A stretch of 64,000 nucleotides of DNA, taken from an uncultured delta proteobacterium. Lineage in GTDB: Bacteria; Myxococcota_A; Polyangia; Polyangiales; B10-G4. Below are positions 27,738 through 39,520 of this stretch, one piece after another; position 1 is the first letter of the stretch; each line of letters begins with the position of its first letter. Below the pieces are notes generated by a model. That model made no database searches and was not told the origin of the DNA. It saw nothing but the letters and a program-made list of their open reading frames with translations. Location: positions 32,001-96,000 of the forward strand of contig CAVSGI010000012.1 in the NCBI GenBank assembly GCA_963727445.1. Direction: 5' to 3'. The position numbers and the translations under genes are program-made.

Positions 27738-28394
27738 TCAGAGATCGGTGGAGCGCGACACCAGCGCGACGCCGTCGTCGCGCACGTCGTAGACGAGGAC
27801 CTCGTCGTCGATGGAGAGCTCGCCCTCGTCCTCCGTCACCGCGACGAAGTCGACGATGCGACCCTTGAGCTCGACGCGGACCTGCCCCGCGCCCTGGCCC
27901 GAGATGGGAAGTAGGACACGTCCTGAGCTGCCGATGCAGTCGGTGCTCTCGACGGTGCTCGAGACCTTCTCCTTCTTGAGCCGCCGAACGACGGCGGTGA
28001 TGCCGAAGCCCGCGAGGTAGCCCACGAGGGCGGAGGCGATGGCGACTGGGATGGGTCCGATGTGCCCGATCAGCGTCAAGAGCGTTCCGAGCAGCCCGCC
28101 GAAGGCGAGGGAGAACGTCCAGAAGCGGAGCGAGGCGATGGGGAGCAGCTCGGCGATGCCGAAGCCGCCAAAGCCGGTGTCGTGATCGCCGTCGGCGTCA
28201 CCGTCCGCGTCTGCGTCCGCATCCGCGTCGGCATCGACATCCGCGTCGACGTCCGCGTCGACGTCGATGTCCGCGTCAGCCTCGAAATCGAAGTCGGCGT
28301 CGTGGTCGTGGTCGCCTCCCGAGAAGGCCGACAGGCCCACCAGGACACCACCGATCAGGAGACAGATGAGGTAGAGGGCCAGCATGGTGAGCAT
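27738..28394 (-). CDS. NfeD-like (YqiJ/YuaF-type) membrane protein with Asp-rich linker
   Basis: TM helices, (DA)n tract, SLRFWTF, C-terminal OB-fold IG..GRVLLPI..GAGQVRV; directly upstream of the flotillins. Confidence 0.85.
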   Translation of the reverse strand: MLTMLALYLICLLIGGVLVGLSAFSGGDHDHDADFDFEADADIDVDADVDADVDADADADADADGDADGDHDTGFGGFGIAELLPIASLRFWTFSLAFGGLLGTLLTLIGHIGPIPVAIASALVGYLAGFGITAVVRRLKKEKVSSTVESTDCIGSSGRVLLPISGQGAGQVRVELKGRIVDFVAVTEDEGELSIDDEVLVYDVRDDGVALVSRSTDL

Positions 28395-28400
28395 TCCTCA

Positions 28401-28418
28401 TTGCGAGCCCCATGCCGG
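28401..28418 (-). promoter_or_regulatory. Sigma54 -24/-12 promoter for the nfeD-flotillin operon
   Basis: Minus strand CCGGCATG-GGGC-TCGCAA has GG-N10-GC spacing and lies opposite a GAFTGA activator. Confidence 0.6.
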
Positions 28419-28529
28419 TGGTCGAGACGCCAAAATGTATGGAATTGTCAGTGCTTTGAAGGAGGCCGGCGGCCTGGGTGGAGAATGGTGCCCGGGCACG
28501 ACGCACGGCTCGTGTATTGTTCTCGGGCC

Positions 28530-29833
<1,304 letters not shown>

Positions 29834-29837
<4 letters not shown>

Positions 29838-29894
29838 CACTACTTGGTTGGGGTCCGTGCGGGGGTCGGGCGGACCCCAACCAAGTAGTGCTAG
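29834..29894. repeat. 24-bp perfect inverted repeat (MITE/REP-like), CTAG at both ends
   Basis: CTAGCACTACTTGGTTGGGGTCCG - 13 nt - CGGACCCCAACCAAGTAGTGCTAG. Confidence 0.9.
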
Positions 29895-29903
29895 ATTCCC
29901 GCC

Positions 29904-30872
29904 ATGCCGGGGCTCGTCTCAGGGGATCACGATCAGCGCGGCTTTCGGCGCATCGTCCTCAGCTTGATCTGGCTGGTGGTCGTCCCCACCGGGGTGCTGC
30001 TGACGCTCGCGATTCTGATGCTCGTCTTCTACGAGGCGAATCTGAATCTGCTCTTCGGCATCCTCATGGTCACCCTGGGCGGTTGCCTGGTCACGGGGAC
30101 GGTGCTGACGCTGGTCTTCCTCCGCAAGGAGGCCAACCTCTCCCGCCTTCAGACCGACTTCGTCTCCAAGGTGAGCCACGAGCTCCGCACGCCGCTCACC
30201 TCGATCCGCATGTTCGCCGAGATGCTCGAGAAGGAGGAGGACCCCGAGCGCATCTCGGTGTGCCTCGACGTGCTGCAGCGCGAGACGGTGCGGCTCTCGG
30301 ATCGCATCGAACGGCTGCTCGACTGGGGCCGGATGGAGTCCGGTCGGCGCGTCTACGAGCACAAGCCGGATACGATTCGCGGCATCGTGGAGGAGGCGGT
30401 TCAGGCGCACGTGACGGCGACGCTCGGTCGCGGCGCCGAGGTGGAGGTGGACGTGCCGGAGGGGCTGCCCCAGGTGATGGCGGACCGAGGCGCCATGGTC
30501 GACGCGATCAGCAATCTGCTCAGCAACGCCTGGAAATACACCGGCGAAGACAAGCGGATTCGTGTCAGCGCACGCGAGGATGGCAAGTGGGTGCGCATCG
30601 CGGTGAAGGACAACGGTCACGGCATCCCCAAGCACGAGCAGCGCCAGGTCTTCGACAAGTTCTACCGCTCGGACGACCGGCTGGCGCGCGCGGTGGAGGG
30701 CTCGGGGCTGGGGCTGGCCATCGTGCGGCACGTGGTCCGTGGGCACGGCGGAAAGATCGAGGTGGAGAGCGAAGTGGGTGTGGGCAGCACCTTCACCATC
30801 CTGTTGCCGAAGGCGCGTCCTGCCGACCTCGCCGCCTTCAGCGAGACGGCCGAGCCGGCGGTGGCCCAGTGA
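29904..30872 (+). CDS. Sensor histidine kinase with two closely spaced TM helices
   Basis: VSHELRTPLTSI H-box; NLLSNAWKY; VKDNGHGI; FDKFYR; GSGLGLAI. Confidence 0.95.
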   Translation: MPGLVSGDHDQRGFRRIVLSLIWLVVVPTGVLLTLAILMLVFYEANLNLLFGILMVTLGGCLVTGTVLTLVFLRKEANLSRLQTDFVSKVSHELRTPLTSIRMFAEMLEKEEDPERISVCLDVLQRETVRLSDRIERLLDWGRMESGRRVYEHKPDTIRGIVEEAVQAHVTATLGRGAEVEVDVPEGLPQVMADRGAMVDAISNLLSNAWKYTGEDKRIRVSAREDGKWVRIAVKDNGHGIPKHEQRQVFDKFYRSDDRLARAVEGSGLGLAIVRHVVRGHGGKIEVESEVGVGSTFTILLPKARPADLAAFSETAEPAVAQ

Positions 30873-31558
30873 GAACCAGCGGGAAGATCCTGATCGTCGA
30901 GGACGACGCCTCCATCCTCTTGGGGCTGCGGATGAACCTCGAGGGCGCGGGTTACGAGGTGGCGACGGCGGAGGACGGTCAGGCGGGGCTCGAGCTGGCG
31001 CGGACCCACAACTTCGACCTGGTGCTTCTGGACGTGATGCTGCCGAAGATGAACGGCTACGAGCTGGTGTCGGCGCTCCGCGGGGAAGGCGACGAGACGC
31101 CGGTGGTGCTGCTCACGGCGAAGAACACCGAGGTCGACAAGATCATGGGGCTCGACCTGGGCGCCGACGACTACGTGACGAAGCCGTTCTCCCTCGGGGA
31201 GCTGCTAGCGCGCGTGCGCGCGAATATCCGCCGCGGTGGCGGTGTGCCAGCGGAGCGCACGGCGTTCAACTTCGGCGACGTCGCGGTGGACGAGGGCACG
31301 CGCGAGGTGCGCAAGGCCGGCGCCTTGGTGGAGCTCACGGCTACGGAGTTCGACGTCCTCGCGACGCTCAAGCGCGCCAAGGGCCGCATCCTCAGCCGCC
31401 GTCAGATCCTCGATGCGGTCTGGGGTGAGAACCACCACGGCACCGAGCGCACCGTCGACAACTTCGTGGCGCAGCTCCGCGCGAAGCTGGAGGACGACCC
31501 GTCCGACCCGAAGCACCTGTTGACCGTGCGCGGAGTGGGGTATCGCCTGGTGGAGTGA
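30869..31558 (+). CDS. OmpR/PhoB-family response regulator
   Basis: ILIVEDD; LLDVMLP; GADDYVTKPF; winged helix ending LLTVRGVGYRL; GTGA overlap with the kinase. Confidence 0.95.
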   Translation: MRTSGKILIVEDDASILLGLRMNLEGAGYEVATAEDGQAGLELARTHNFDLVLLDVMLPKMNGYELVSALRGEGDETPVVLLTAKNTEVDKIMGLDLGADDYVTKPFSLGELLARVRANIRRGGGVPAERTAFNFGDVAVDEGTREVRKAGALVELTATEFDVLATLKRAKGRILSRRQILDAVWGENHHGTERTVDNFVAQLRAKLEDDPSDPKHLLTVRGVGYRLVE

Positions 31559-31642
31559 AGCGGCTCGGGGGCGTGGAGCCGGCGTGCAGACCACCCTCAG
31601 AAAGGCCCTTGGCCCGGTCCGCTGCCTGGTATCCTCCGCCTC

Positions 31643-32347
31643 ATGAGTCGAGAGGCCCCCCTCACCGCAGCGACACGGTATCTGGCGCGTCATCCTGGCG
31701 AGGTTGCGCGCGTGCTTCGCAGCCTGATCGGTTTGCGACTCGGCGTCCCCCTGGATGCCTTTCGATGGATGGCCGAGCAGGCCGAGGCGTCGGGCAAAGC
31801 TCAGGACGTCACCATCGACGCGGTGCCTCCTGGTGTTCGCGTCGGCGCCACCGTCGATCTGATGGGGACGATCGTTCGTGCGTCGGCCATCGTGTTCGTC
31901 GATCGGATGGTGCTCAACGGCGAGCGCCTTCAGATCGACGTCCGCCTCGAAGGTGTGAACCTCTCGTTGGTCGAGGATTCGGATTCGCCGGTCGCGATGC
32001 TCATCAAGAGCGGCGCGCTCGACCTCTCGAAGCCGGGCAACCTGGTCAAGCACGTTCCCAATCTCCCGCCCGTGGTCACCTCCGCCGTCGACGATCGGAT
32101 CGTCCTCGACCTCATGAAGCATCCGAAGATCGGCGGCGAGGAGCGCGCGCGAAACCTCGTCTCCCTCGTTACCTCGGTCCTCACGATCCATGGCATCGAG
32201 ACCGACGAGCGCCACTTCGACGTTTCCCTTCGCGCGTTTCAGGGCGGCGTCCTGTCGGCGGCGCGGCAGGTTCGCCGGCACGTGGTGCTGCCGTCGATTC
32301 GCAGAGCGCGGCTCTTTCTCCCGCGCGTAGCGGGCGGACGGCGCTGA
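31643..32347 (+). CDS. Hypothetical protein
   Basis: 234-aa GC3-biased ORF. Confidence 0.7.
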   Translation: MSREAPLTAATRYLARHPGEVARVLRSLIGLRLGVPLDAFRWMAEQAEASGKAQDVTIDAVPPGVRVGATVDLMGTIVRASAIVFVDRMVLNGERLQIDVRLEGVNLSLVEDSDSPVAMLIKSGALDLSKPGNLVKHVPNLPPVVTSAVDDRIVLDLMKHPKIGGEERARNLVSLVTSVLTIHGIETDERHFDVSLRAFQGGVLSAARQVRRHVVLPSIRRARLFLPRVAGGRR

Positions 32348-32390
32348 TCCCGTGTGGGAGTGAGCGGCCGCCTCATGTACCCTCGTGGGC

Positions 32391-32774
32391 ATGAGCGATT
32401 CGCGCATACGTGTGTTGATCGTCGATGACGACCCGGCCAGTGCCGAGCTCTCTCAGCGGAGGCTGAAGTCCGCGGCCGATGTGGACTTCAACAACGGCCC
32501 GGAAGGCGCCCTCGCCCGCATCGAGAGCGGTGAGTACGACGTGATCCTGCTGGACCTGAACATGCCGGGCACCAGCGGCCTGCACATCCTCGACGTGCTC
32601 AAGAAACTCGGCGATTCGTCCAAGGTCGTTCTCTACAGCTCGATGGATGAGAGCGCGCTGGCGGAGATCGCTCGGACCGCGGGTGTCGACTACCTCACCA
32701 AGTCGGCGACCAAGGACGAGATGATCGCGAAGATCACCGAGGTACGGGACTCGCGGGTCCCCCCCGAGCCCTGA
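32391..32774 (+). CDS. Single-domain response regulator
   Basis: VLIVDDD; ILLDLNMPG; VLYSS; YLTK. Confidence 0.9.
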   Translation: MSDSRIRVLIVDDDPASAELSQRRLKSAADVDFNNGPEGALARIESGEYDVILLDLNMPGTSGLHILDVLKKLGDSSKVVLYSSMDESALAEIARTAGVDYLTKSATKDEMIAKITEVRDSRVPPEP

Positions 32775-32938
32775 TCGATGCAGGGACGCGTCCTCGCCGA
32801 CGGCTTCGTTCTCGGAGAGCCGATCGGTCGGGGGGCGCGGCGACGCCCCTGCCACTCGTCGACGCGCTCACGATGGCCGAGAAGCTCGCACGCGCGCTGG
32901 GTGTTCTGCACCGAACGGGCGCGGTCCATCGGTGGCAA

Positions 32939-33086
32939 ACCGAAGTCCGACCCATCGCGCGATGACTTCGAGAGCGGTTCGCCGCCGGGGACCGAAGTCC
33001 GACCCATCGCGCGATGACCTCGAGAGCGGTTCGCCTCCGGGGACCGAAGTCCGACCCATCGCGCGATGACTTCGAGAGCGGTTCGC
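32939..33086 (+). repeat. 52-bp tandem repeat x3 with internal palindrome
   Basis: ACCGAAGTCCGACCCATCGCGCGATGAC(T/C)TCGAGAGCGGTTCGC at 32939, 32991 and 33043. Confidence 0.9.
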
Positions 33087-33343
33087 ACACGCATTGGCGC
33101 GAGCCGGCCGCCGCTACCGCTCTGCGAACGCGTGACCGACGCGCTGCCGGAGACCGTGGTCGTGAGCGTGCAGGCGCGTCTCGAGGGCCTGCCGCTGGAA
33201 GCGCGCCGGTTCGCGGGCGCGATTGGAAACGCTGGCCCGAAAACGCTCGCGGCGCGCAGGCGTCATTGGGGGCGAGGGCGCGAGCCCCGAGCCGACGGTT
33301 CGAGCAGCGCAGCCGCTTGAGGTATCCTCTTGGTGGTGCTGCC

Positions 33344-33904
33344 TTGACCTCGCCTGGAGAGCGTCCCTCTGGGAGCCCCCGCCCAGCGCGGGTCCTCCTC
33401 GTCCTGCTGCTCCTCTCCGGCTGCTCTGTCGACACCAGAGCGCTCGCGCCCGCCAGCGCAAGCCGTCCAGACGCCGCTGGGGATTCGGGTCGGCCCGACA
33501 GCATCGCGTCGATGGACTCCTCCCCCCCGATGGACGCCCCGGCCGACACCAGCACGCCTCGCGACACCAGCGTCCTCGACGCCGCGGATAGCGCTCCCGC
33601 TGACACCAGCGTCCCCGACGCCGACGCCACCATCGACACCAGCATGCCACCGACCTGCGCCGACCGCTTCTCGAGCTCGAGCGGTTTCACGTCGGTCTGC
33701 TCGGATTCCGCCACGCGCTGCGTCCTCGAGATCGACGTCGACCCCGATCGCCGAACCTGCACCGACGTGTGCGCCGACATCGGCTGGAGCTGCGAGGGCG
33801 CTGCCGGCGCGGCGAGCACGGTCCCACGATGTGATGAGGCCCCCATCGCCGGCGACTGCGACACGAACCTGCGAATTCAGGTCTGCGCGTGCGTGCCGCC
33901 GTGA
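33344..33904 (+). CDS. Lipoprotein with low-complexity linker and Cys-rich C-terminal domain
   Basis: LLLLSGC lipobox; D-T-S-rich linker; multiple Cys. Start uncertain. Confidence 0.6.
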   Translation: MTSPGERPSGSPRPARVLLVLLLLSGCSVDTRALAPASASRPDAAGDSGRPDSIASMDSSPPMDAPADTSTPRDTSVLDAADSAPADTSVPDADATIDTSMPPTCADRFSSSSGFTSVCSDSATRCVLEIDVDPDRRTCTDVCADIGWSCEGAAGAASTVPRCDEAPIAGDCDTNLRIQVCACVPP

Positions 33905-33945
33905 GCTCGCGCGAGCCCGACGCGTCCCACGACGCTGCGTGAAGT

Positions 33946-36222
33946 TCACTCCTCCGCCGGGCGCTCTTCGTCGTTCAGCGTCGCTGGTCCGGCGGGAAGC
34001 GGAAGGCTCGTCGCGTCGAGGTTGCTGCCATTGTCGACGTATTGGACGTCGTGGTTCAGTCGGCTCAGGTCGTAGCCGTCCACCTGGACGCACGCGCCGA
34101 TCGCCGCGTCGCGCACGATCCCTTCGGAGGCGTCCACCGACGTGCCCGCGGTTTCGGAGGCCGCGACCATGAGACCACACCCGGAGGCGCCGGCGATCTC
34201 GAATCGACTCATCTCCAACCCGCCGCCTTCCACGACCAACCCATGGCCCCACTCGGCACTTCCACCACCGACGCGCTCGATGCGAAGGTCCGTGGCGTCC
34301 GCGGTCGCTTCTGCGATCTGCATCCCGAAAGCACGTGCGTCGAAAAGCTCGACGCGTTCGGCGACCAGGTGCGCTCCAGCGAGAATGGAAATCGAGGGAT
34401 CCGCTCCCCCGTCGGGTGCCGCCTGGACGACGCAATCGGTCAGCTGCAGCTCGGTCCCGGCATGGTTCAAGCTGATCGACGCGTCGTCGTGATGCGTGAC
34501 GACGACGCGCTCGAGCAACGCACGAGACCCGCGGACGAGCTCGACACCACGCTCGAGTGATGCCGCGGCGTCGGGGCGCCTCCCGTCGATGATCGCATCC
34601 GTGAGGGTCACCATGCTGCTCTCCCCGTACGCCCAGACCCCCAGCGTCTGGTTGCCCGAGATTCGCGCGCGCGTCGCATCGAGCCGAGCGCCGTTCTGTA
34701 CCCCCAACCCGGTGGGGATGTTGACGGAGTCCCCGTCGTCGTAGGTGTTCGCGATGACGAGGTCAGTCACTTCGGCGCTCGCCCCGTCGGAGAGCGTGAG
34801 GCCCGATTGCTGGTTGTCGAAGATCGAAACGCGGGAGCCACGGAGCTCGGCGCCGTTGAGCGCCTGTATGCCGGAGGACACATAGCCTCGCGGGTCCTCG
34901 GACGCGCGTGTCTGATACACGACGACGTCTTCGAGCGTGGTCGTCACCCCGGCGCCCAGGGCCAGCCCAGCTTCCGCGTTGTCCAACACGACGAGGCGGA
35001 TCGCCTCGAGTCGGGCCTCGTTGCGGATGTTGAGGCCGCGCCCTCGCGCGGAGTCGCGCAGCTGCGGCCGCGTGCCACGGATGACCGCGTCGGTGAGGGT
35101 CGCGACCGAGCTCGTGTCGACCACGTAGATCCCCGACTCGAGGTTGTCCGCGACCAGCAGGCGCGTTGCGGAGACCACGGAACCCAGACCGATGGCGATG
35201 CCCGTGCCGTTGCGGCGGTCGGACGCTTGCGGCAGGGTATCGACCACCACGACGTCCTCGAGGTTGGCCTGACCCATCGGTCCTCCGACGAAAATCCCGG
35301 TGTCGTGATTCGCTTCGACGAGCACTCGCTGAGCTTCGAGTGTCGACGCGTCCTGGGTGTTGATGCCACGTCCGTAGAGTCCCGCGCTGTCGGGCACCGT
35401 GCCCCGAACGACCACATCGCGCAGCTCGAGTCGGCTGTCGTCGTCGGCGAGCTGAAGGCCCGCCTCCTGCATTCCCTCCACCAGCACGCCTTCGAGCACC
35501 AGCGCCCGCCCGGAGATGACGGTAGCGCCGTTTTGCGGGGCATCGAGGATGTGCACGTTCTTCACGAACGCCGGCTCGCCCGCGTTGGTCACGTTGATCA
35601 CGGCCGCGACGGGCGCGTCCACCCCGGTCAGCAGGGTCTCTGCCACGCACGCGCCGACCACCCGGATCGTCGCCTTGAGTGGCAGCGTACCCTCGAAGCT
35701 ACCCTTCGACAGCGCCACTGTGGCGCCGGACGACAGGGAGCTCCATCGGACTTCGGAGAGCGCGGCGTAGGGCGCCGCGAGGCTTCCGTCTCCGCCGGGC
35801 GCCGCGGACGGGTTGACGTAGATGACCGTGCCGTCGGTGGGAAGTCCCTCCGCGTAGTCTCCCGCCGGGCAGGGATCCCCAATCGGGCGACAGCCTTCTT
35901 CACCGGGGAAGTGTGCCTCGCCTGCATCGCAGCGCTCATCACGACCGGCCGACGCATAGGGCTCGCAGTAGCCGACCTCGCCAGCGGTGGCTTCATGCCA
36001 CCCGTCGGGACACGGGGTGAAGCCCGGGAGCTCGATGGGCGGCGCGCCGTCCGCGAGCCAGTCGATGGCCGGTGGGGTCACCACCGACGCGCCGCCATCG
36101 CTCGCGTCGACACCTCCAGCATCCGACGCAGGTGCGTCGTCCCCGCACCCCGCGAGCGCGCAGACAGCCACGACCATCAACGGCGCCTTTCTCACAGGGC
36201 CACTACCCAGGCCGAGCGACAA
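33946..36222 (-). CDS. Parallel beta-helix repeat lipoprotein
   Basis: LAGCG lipobox; IYVNPSAAPGGDGSLAAPY; repeated L.D.VV..T.P....GRG units; paralog of 56924-58807. Confidence 0.8.
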   Translation of the reverse strand: MSLGLGSGPVRKAPLMVVAVCALAGCGDDAPASDAGGVDASDGGASVVTPPAIDWLADGAPPIELPGFTPCPDGWHEATAGEVGYCEPYASAGRDERCDAGEAHFPGEEGCRPIGDPCPAGDYAEGLPTDGTVIYVNPSAAPGGDGSLAAPYAALSEVRWSSLSSGATVALSKGSFEGTLPLKATIRVVGACVAETLLTGVDAPVAAVINVTNAGEPAFVKNVHILDAPQNGATVISGRALVLEGVLVEGMQEAGLQLADDDSRLELRDVVVRGTVPDSAGLYGRGINTQDASTLEAQRVLVEANHDTGIFVGGPMGQANLEDVVVVDTLPQASDRRNGTGIAIGLGSVVSATRLLVADNLESGIYVVDTSSVATLTDAVIRGTRPQLRDSARGRGLNIRNEARLEAIRLVVLDNAEAGLALGAGVTTTLEDVVVYQTRASEDPRGYVSSGIQALNGAELRGSRVSIFDNQQSGLTLSDGASAEVTDLVIANTYDDGDSVNIPTGLGVQNGARLDATRARISGNQTLGVWAYGESSMVTLTDAIIDGRRPDAAASLERGVELVRGSRALLERVVVTHHDDASISLNHAGTELQLTDCVVQAAPDGGADPSISILAGAHLVAERVELFDARAFGMQIAEATADATDLRIERVGGGSAEWGHGLVVEGGGLEMSRFEIAGASGCGLMVAASETAGTSVDASEGIVRDAAIGACVQVDGYDLSRLNHDVQYVDNGSNLDATSLPLPAGPATLNDEERPAEE

Positions 36223-36403
36223 GTTGGCATCCGACGAATATATCTCGCCCGGGCGAAGAGGAGGCGAATAGTGTCCAGATGCCGCGTCGGTGGCTGAGGA
36301 GAGGCCAGCCGCGATCAGGACGTGAGCGCGAGCGTGCTACCCTGAAAGAACAGCGCGATCTTCCGCATCGCGCTGATTGACTTGGCAGACTCGGGGGGGA
36401 GCG

Positions 36404-38005
36404 ATGCCGCGTGGACGGCGGTGCAGGGCGGGTAGTGGTGGCTTTGGCGAGTATTCCCTTTGGGCGCTCGTTCCGCTGATCCTCTGCCTGCTCGTCGCGT
36501 GCGCCCACCGCGAGTGGCAGACGCGAGAGATCGGGCCGCATACGGCGCGCCGTGCGCATCCGAGCGAGTTCCTCAAGGCCCATCTTCACGACGGACAACT
36601 CTTCGTCTTCGATTCGTGGTGGATCGACGAGGACGCGAGCCAGGTCGGTGGGCGAGGCCTTCACTACGATTCGGAGCGTCAGCTCACGGACCGAGGCACC
36701 TTCACCGTCCCGCTCGGGGACGTCGCGCTCCTCGAAACCACCGAGCCGCACCGGATCAGTCACGCGGGGCCGATCGTGCTCGGTATCGTGACGGGCGCAT
36801 CGCTGGTCGTGACTGCGGTATGCGTCGCTTCGCCCAAGACCTGCTTCGGTTCGTGTCCTACGTTCTACGTGCGCGGCGCGGACGGGATGGTGCTGGACGC
36901 GGAGGGCTTTTCAGAGAGCGTCGCCGAGATCTACGAGGCGCGTGACGTCGACGCGCTCCCTTCCGCCGCTCCGGACGGGGGACAGCTCACCCTGGTGATG
37001 CGCAACGAAGCCCTCGAGTCTCACTACGTGCGCTCGCTGTCTCTTCTCGCGGTTCCGCGCGGAGACGGGGAGCGCGTTCTTCGGTCCGGGGACAGTTTCT
37101 TTCGCACTCTCACTCGAGAGGCGCCGTCGCGCTGCGCCTCCGGCGGCGAGCTCTGCACCGAGGCCGTCGCCGCGCGGGACGGTGACGAGTATTCGCCGGC
37201 TCCCGACCCCGAGGACCTGGGCGCCACGCAGACTATCGAGCTGGAGTTCGAGCCGGAGCGAGTCTTCGACCAGCCCGGTCTGGTGATCTCGGCGCGCAAC
37301 TCCCTCGTGGGCACTTTCCTCTTCTATCAACTGCTCGCATGGCTCGGCACCTCGGCCGGCGAGATGATGCGCCGCGTGGAAGCGGGCGACCCACTCGCCG
37401 ACCGCGCGTTTCGCGCGGGCCGGGTGCTCGGCCGAATCGACGTGGAGGTGAAGCAACCCGACGGGAGCTGGGAGCCAGCGGGCTCGTACGACGAGGTCGG
37501 GCCCATCGCCGCCGACCGCCAGGTCATCCCCTTGCCCCATCCGGTACGGCCGGGGCCAGTCATCGTTCGACTCCGTGCCACGCGCGGATACTGGCGCTTC
37601 GACGAGGTGGCCCTCGCCGCACTCGGAGCGGCGGCGGAGCCCATTCGCGTCTCCCCCTCGCGGGCTTCGCGCCTGATCGACGGCGAGTGGCAGGACGCGA
37701 GCGACGCCCTGGTCACTGTCCTCGACGAAGATGCCCGTCTCGAGACCTTTCCGGGTGACAGCTACCGCTTTTCATTCGAGGGAATCGACGGCGATCCCGC
37801 GCTCTTTCTGGAGTCTCGGGGCTACTACTACGAATGGATTCGTGAGCAGTGGCTCGCCGAAGAAGATCCGACGGCGGCAGCACGCTTCATGCTCGATTTT
37901 CGAGGGACCCTCCGCCGCCTCGCCCCCGCCTACGAACGGATACGACCCGCGATGGACGAGCTCTTCTTCGAGTCGCGGATCGGGGAGCCCATCGATGCGC
38001 GCTGA
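36404..38005 (+). CDS. Hypothetical lipoprotein (CFGSCPTFY motif)
   Basis: LVAC lipobox; TM followed by CFGSCPTFY; long GC3-biased ORF. Confidence 0.75.
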   Translation: MPRGRRCRAGSGGFGEYSLWALVPLILCLLVACAHREWQTREIGPHTARRAHPSEFLKAHLHDGQLFVFDSWWIDEDASQVGGRGLHYDSERQLTDRGTFTVPLGDVALLETTEPHRISHAGPIVLGIVTGASLVVTAVCVASPKTCFGSCPTFYVRGADGMVLDAEGFSESVAEIYEARDVDALPSAAPDGGQLTLVMRNEALESHYVRSLSLLAVPRGDGERVLRSGDSFFRTLTREAPSRCASGGELCTEAVAARDGDEYSPAPDPEDLGATQTIELEFEPERVFDQPGLVISARNSLVGTFLFYQLLAWLGTSAGEMMRRVEAGDPLADRAFRAGRVLGRIDVEVKQPDGSWEPAGSYDEVGPIAADRQVIPLPHPVRPGPVIVRLRATRGYWRFDEVALAALGAAAEPIRVSPSRASRLIDGEWQDASDALVTVLDEDARLETFPGDSYRFSFEGIDGDPALFLESRGYYYEWIREQWLAEEDPTAAARFMLDFRGTLRRLAPAYERIRPAMDELFFESRIGEPIDAR

Positions 38006-38591
38006 GCTGGTCGCTTTCTGCGTCGCGTTCGCCTGCGTCGGGTGCGCACACACACTCGACCGGACCAACGTGGGCGGCACGGTGGAGACGAACGTGCCCG
38101 TCGAGGACGTCCCCGTGCACGGTGCAACAGTCGTCGTGGACCTCCCCGACGCTCCCTCCATCGAAGGCGAGCTCCTGGCGGTGGAGGACATCTATGTCCA
38201 CGTCCTCGACGAAGAAGGCCAGCGCGTGAGCATCCGGCGCACCGGCATCGACAAGGTCAGCGTCGACGTCCGCAAGGGCTCGGCGGGGTGGTACGCGCTG
38301 TGGGCGGGCATCGGCACGATCAGCACCCTGAGCCACGGCTTTCTGCTCATCGGCTCCGCGCCGATCTGGCTCGTGGTCGGCACCGCGACCACCACGGGCG
38401 AGGGCGTCGCGTCGGCTGACGTGGCGGTGAGGGAAGCCGAGGACTACGCGCTGCTGCGCCACTTCGCTCGCTACCCCCAGGGCATGCCGAGGATGCGCGC
38501 CGAGCCCGCGGGCGAGCTCTCGGTGCCAGAGCCGTATCGGTGGTCCGAGACGGACACGGACACGGACACGGACGCGGCGACGCCTCCTTAG
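37995..38591 (+). CDS. Hypothetical lipoprotein/membrane protein
   Basis: CVGC lipobox; GELLAV; TLSHGF...APIW; FARYPQG. Confidence 0.7.
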   Translation: MRAELVAFCVAFACVGCAHTLDRTNVGGTVETNVPVEDVPVHGATVVVDLPDAPSIEGELLAVEDIYVHVLDEEGQRVSIRRTGIDKVSVDVRKGSAGWYALWAGIGTISTLSHGFLLIGSAPIWLVVGTATTTGEGVASADVAVREAEDYALLRHFARYPQGMPRMRAEPAGELSVPEPYRWSETDTDTDTDAATPP

Positions 38592-38606
38592 CACGCTCCT
38601 GTCGGG

Positions 38607-39419
38607 TCACGCCCCGCGCCAGTGCTCGCGGAGCCAGGCGTTGGTCTGCTCGGCCTGCATGAGCGGCAGGCCGTGGGCCGCGTCCGCTGCCTCGATGTAG
38701 CGCGCGCCCCCGATCGCGTTCGCCAAGGCGCGTCCCTGCGACGGCGGGGCGATGACGTCGTGCGCCGCGCTGATCACCAGCGTGGGGATGCCCGAGAGCT
38801 CGCCGAGCCGCGCGGAGACGTCGTGGGCGCCGAGGGCCCGCACCTGCTTCATGACGATGGGGGGTGTCGTCGCGAGGTCGCGTCCGAAAAGCGGAGAGAG
38901 CTCTGCATGGAGCTCGTCGATGTCGCGGCTACGCAGGGCTTCCTTTGGAAGTACGTTGGAGAGAAACGCCGCCCGGCGCATACGCCTCGTGCCCAGCATC
39001 ATGCGCAGGCCGGTCGAGAGCACGCGTGGAGTGAGCCTTGCGCCGTCTTTCGCGCGAAAGAGCGTGCACAGAAGGGAAAGGCTCCGAACGCGCGAGGGTG
39101 CGTCGAGCGCCAACTGCTGCGCGACGACGCCCCCGAGCGAGTGGCCCATGATGTGCGCCCGTTCGATTCCGAGGGCGTCGAGAAGGGCGACGGCGTCTTC
39201 GGCGTACTGCTCGATGCTGACGGGGCCCTCCGCCGGAGTGCTTTCGCCGATGCCTCGATTGTCGTAGGCGATGAGACGAAACTCGTCCCGGAGGCCGTCG
39301 AGCTGGGGGCGCCATCCGTTGCCCACGACCCCCACGCCTTGGATGCAGAGCACGGGATCACCCGTGCCCGTGGACTCGTAGTGAAGGGTCGCTCCGCTCG
39401 TCAGCTCGATGGAAGGCAT
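38607..39419 (-). CDS. Alpha/beta hydrolase
   Basis: YDNRGIGES; GHSLGG; PTLVI..HD; AHG. Confidence 0.92.
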   Translation of the reverse strand: MPSIELTSGATLHYESTGTGDPVLCIQGVGVVGNGWRPQLDGLRDEFRLIAYDNRGIGESTPAEGPVSIEQYAEDAVALLDALGIERAHIMGHSLGGVVAQQLALDAPSRVRSLSLLCTLFRAKDGARLTPRVLSTGLRMMLGTRRMRRAAFLSNVLPKEALRSRDIDELHAELSPLFGRDLATTPPIVMKQVRALGAHDVSARLGELSGIPTLVISAAHDVIAPPSQGRALANAIGGARYIEAADAAHGLPLMQAEQTNAWLREHWRGA

Positions 39420-39520
39420 AGTCTCGTGAGCCGTCGCCCACCATGGGCGACCGCGGCGCAAGGGAGCTTTCGAACGGACGTTACCAGATCGAGGGGGTTG
39501 CGGCCGTGGCGCCGGTGACC

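Noticed and set aside
32939..33086. Possible CRISPR array
   Set aside because: Units are contiguous with no unique spacers, and there are no cas genes in the window.
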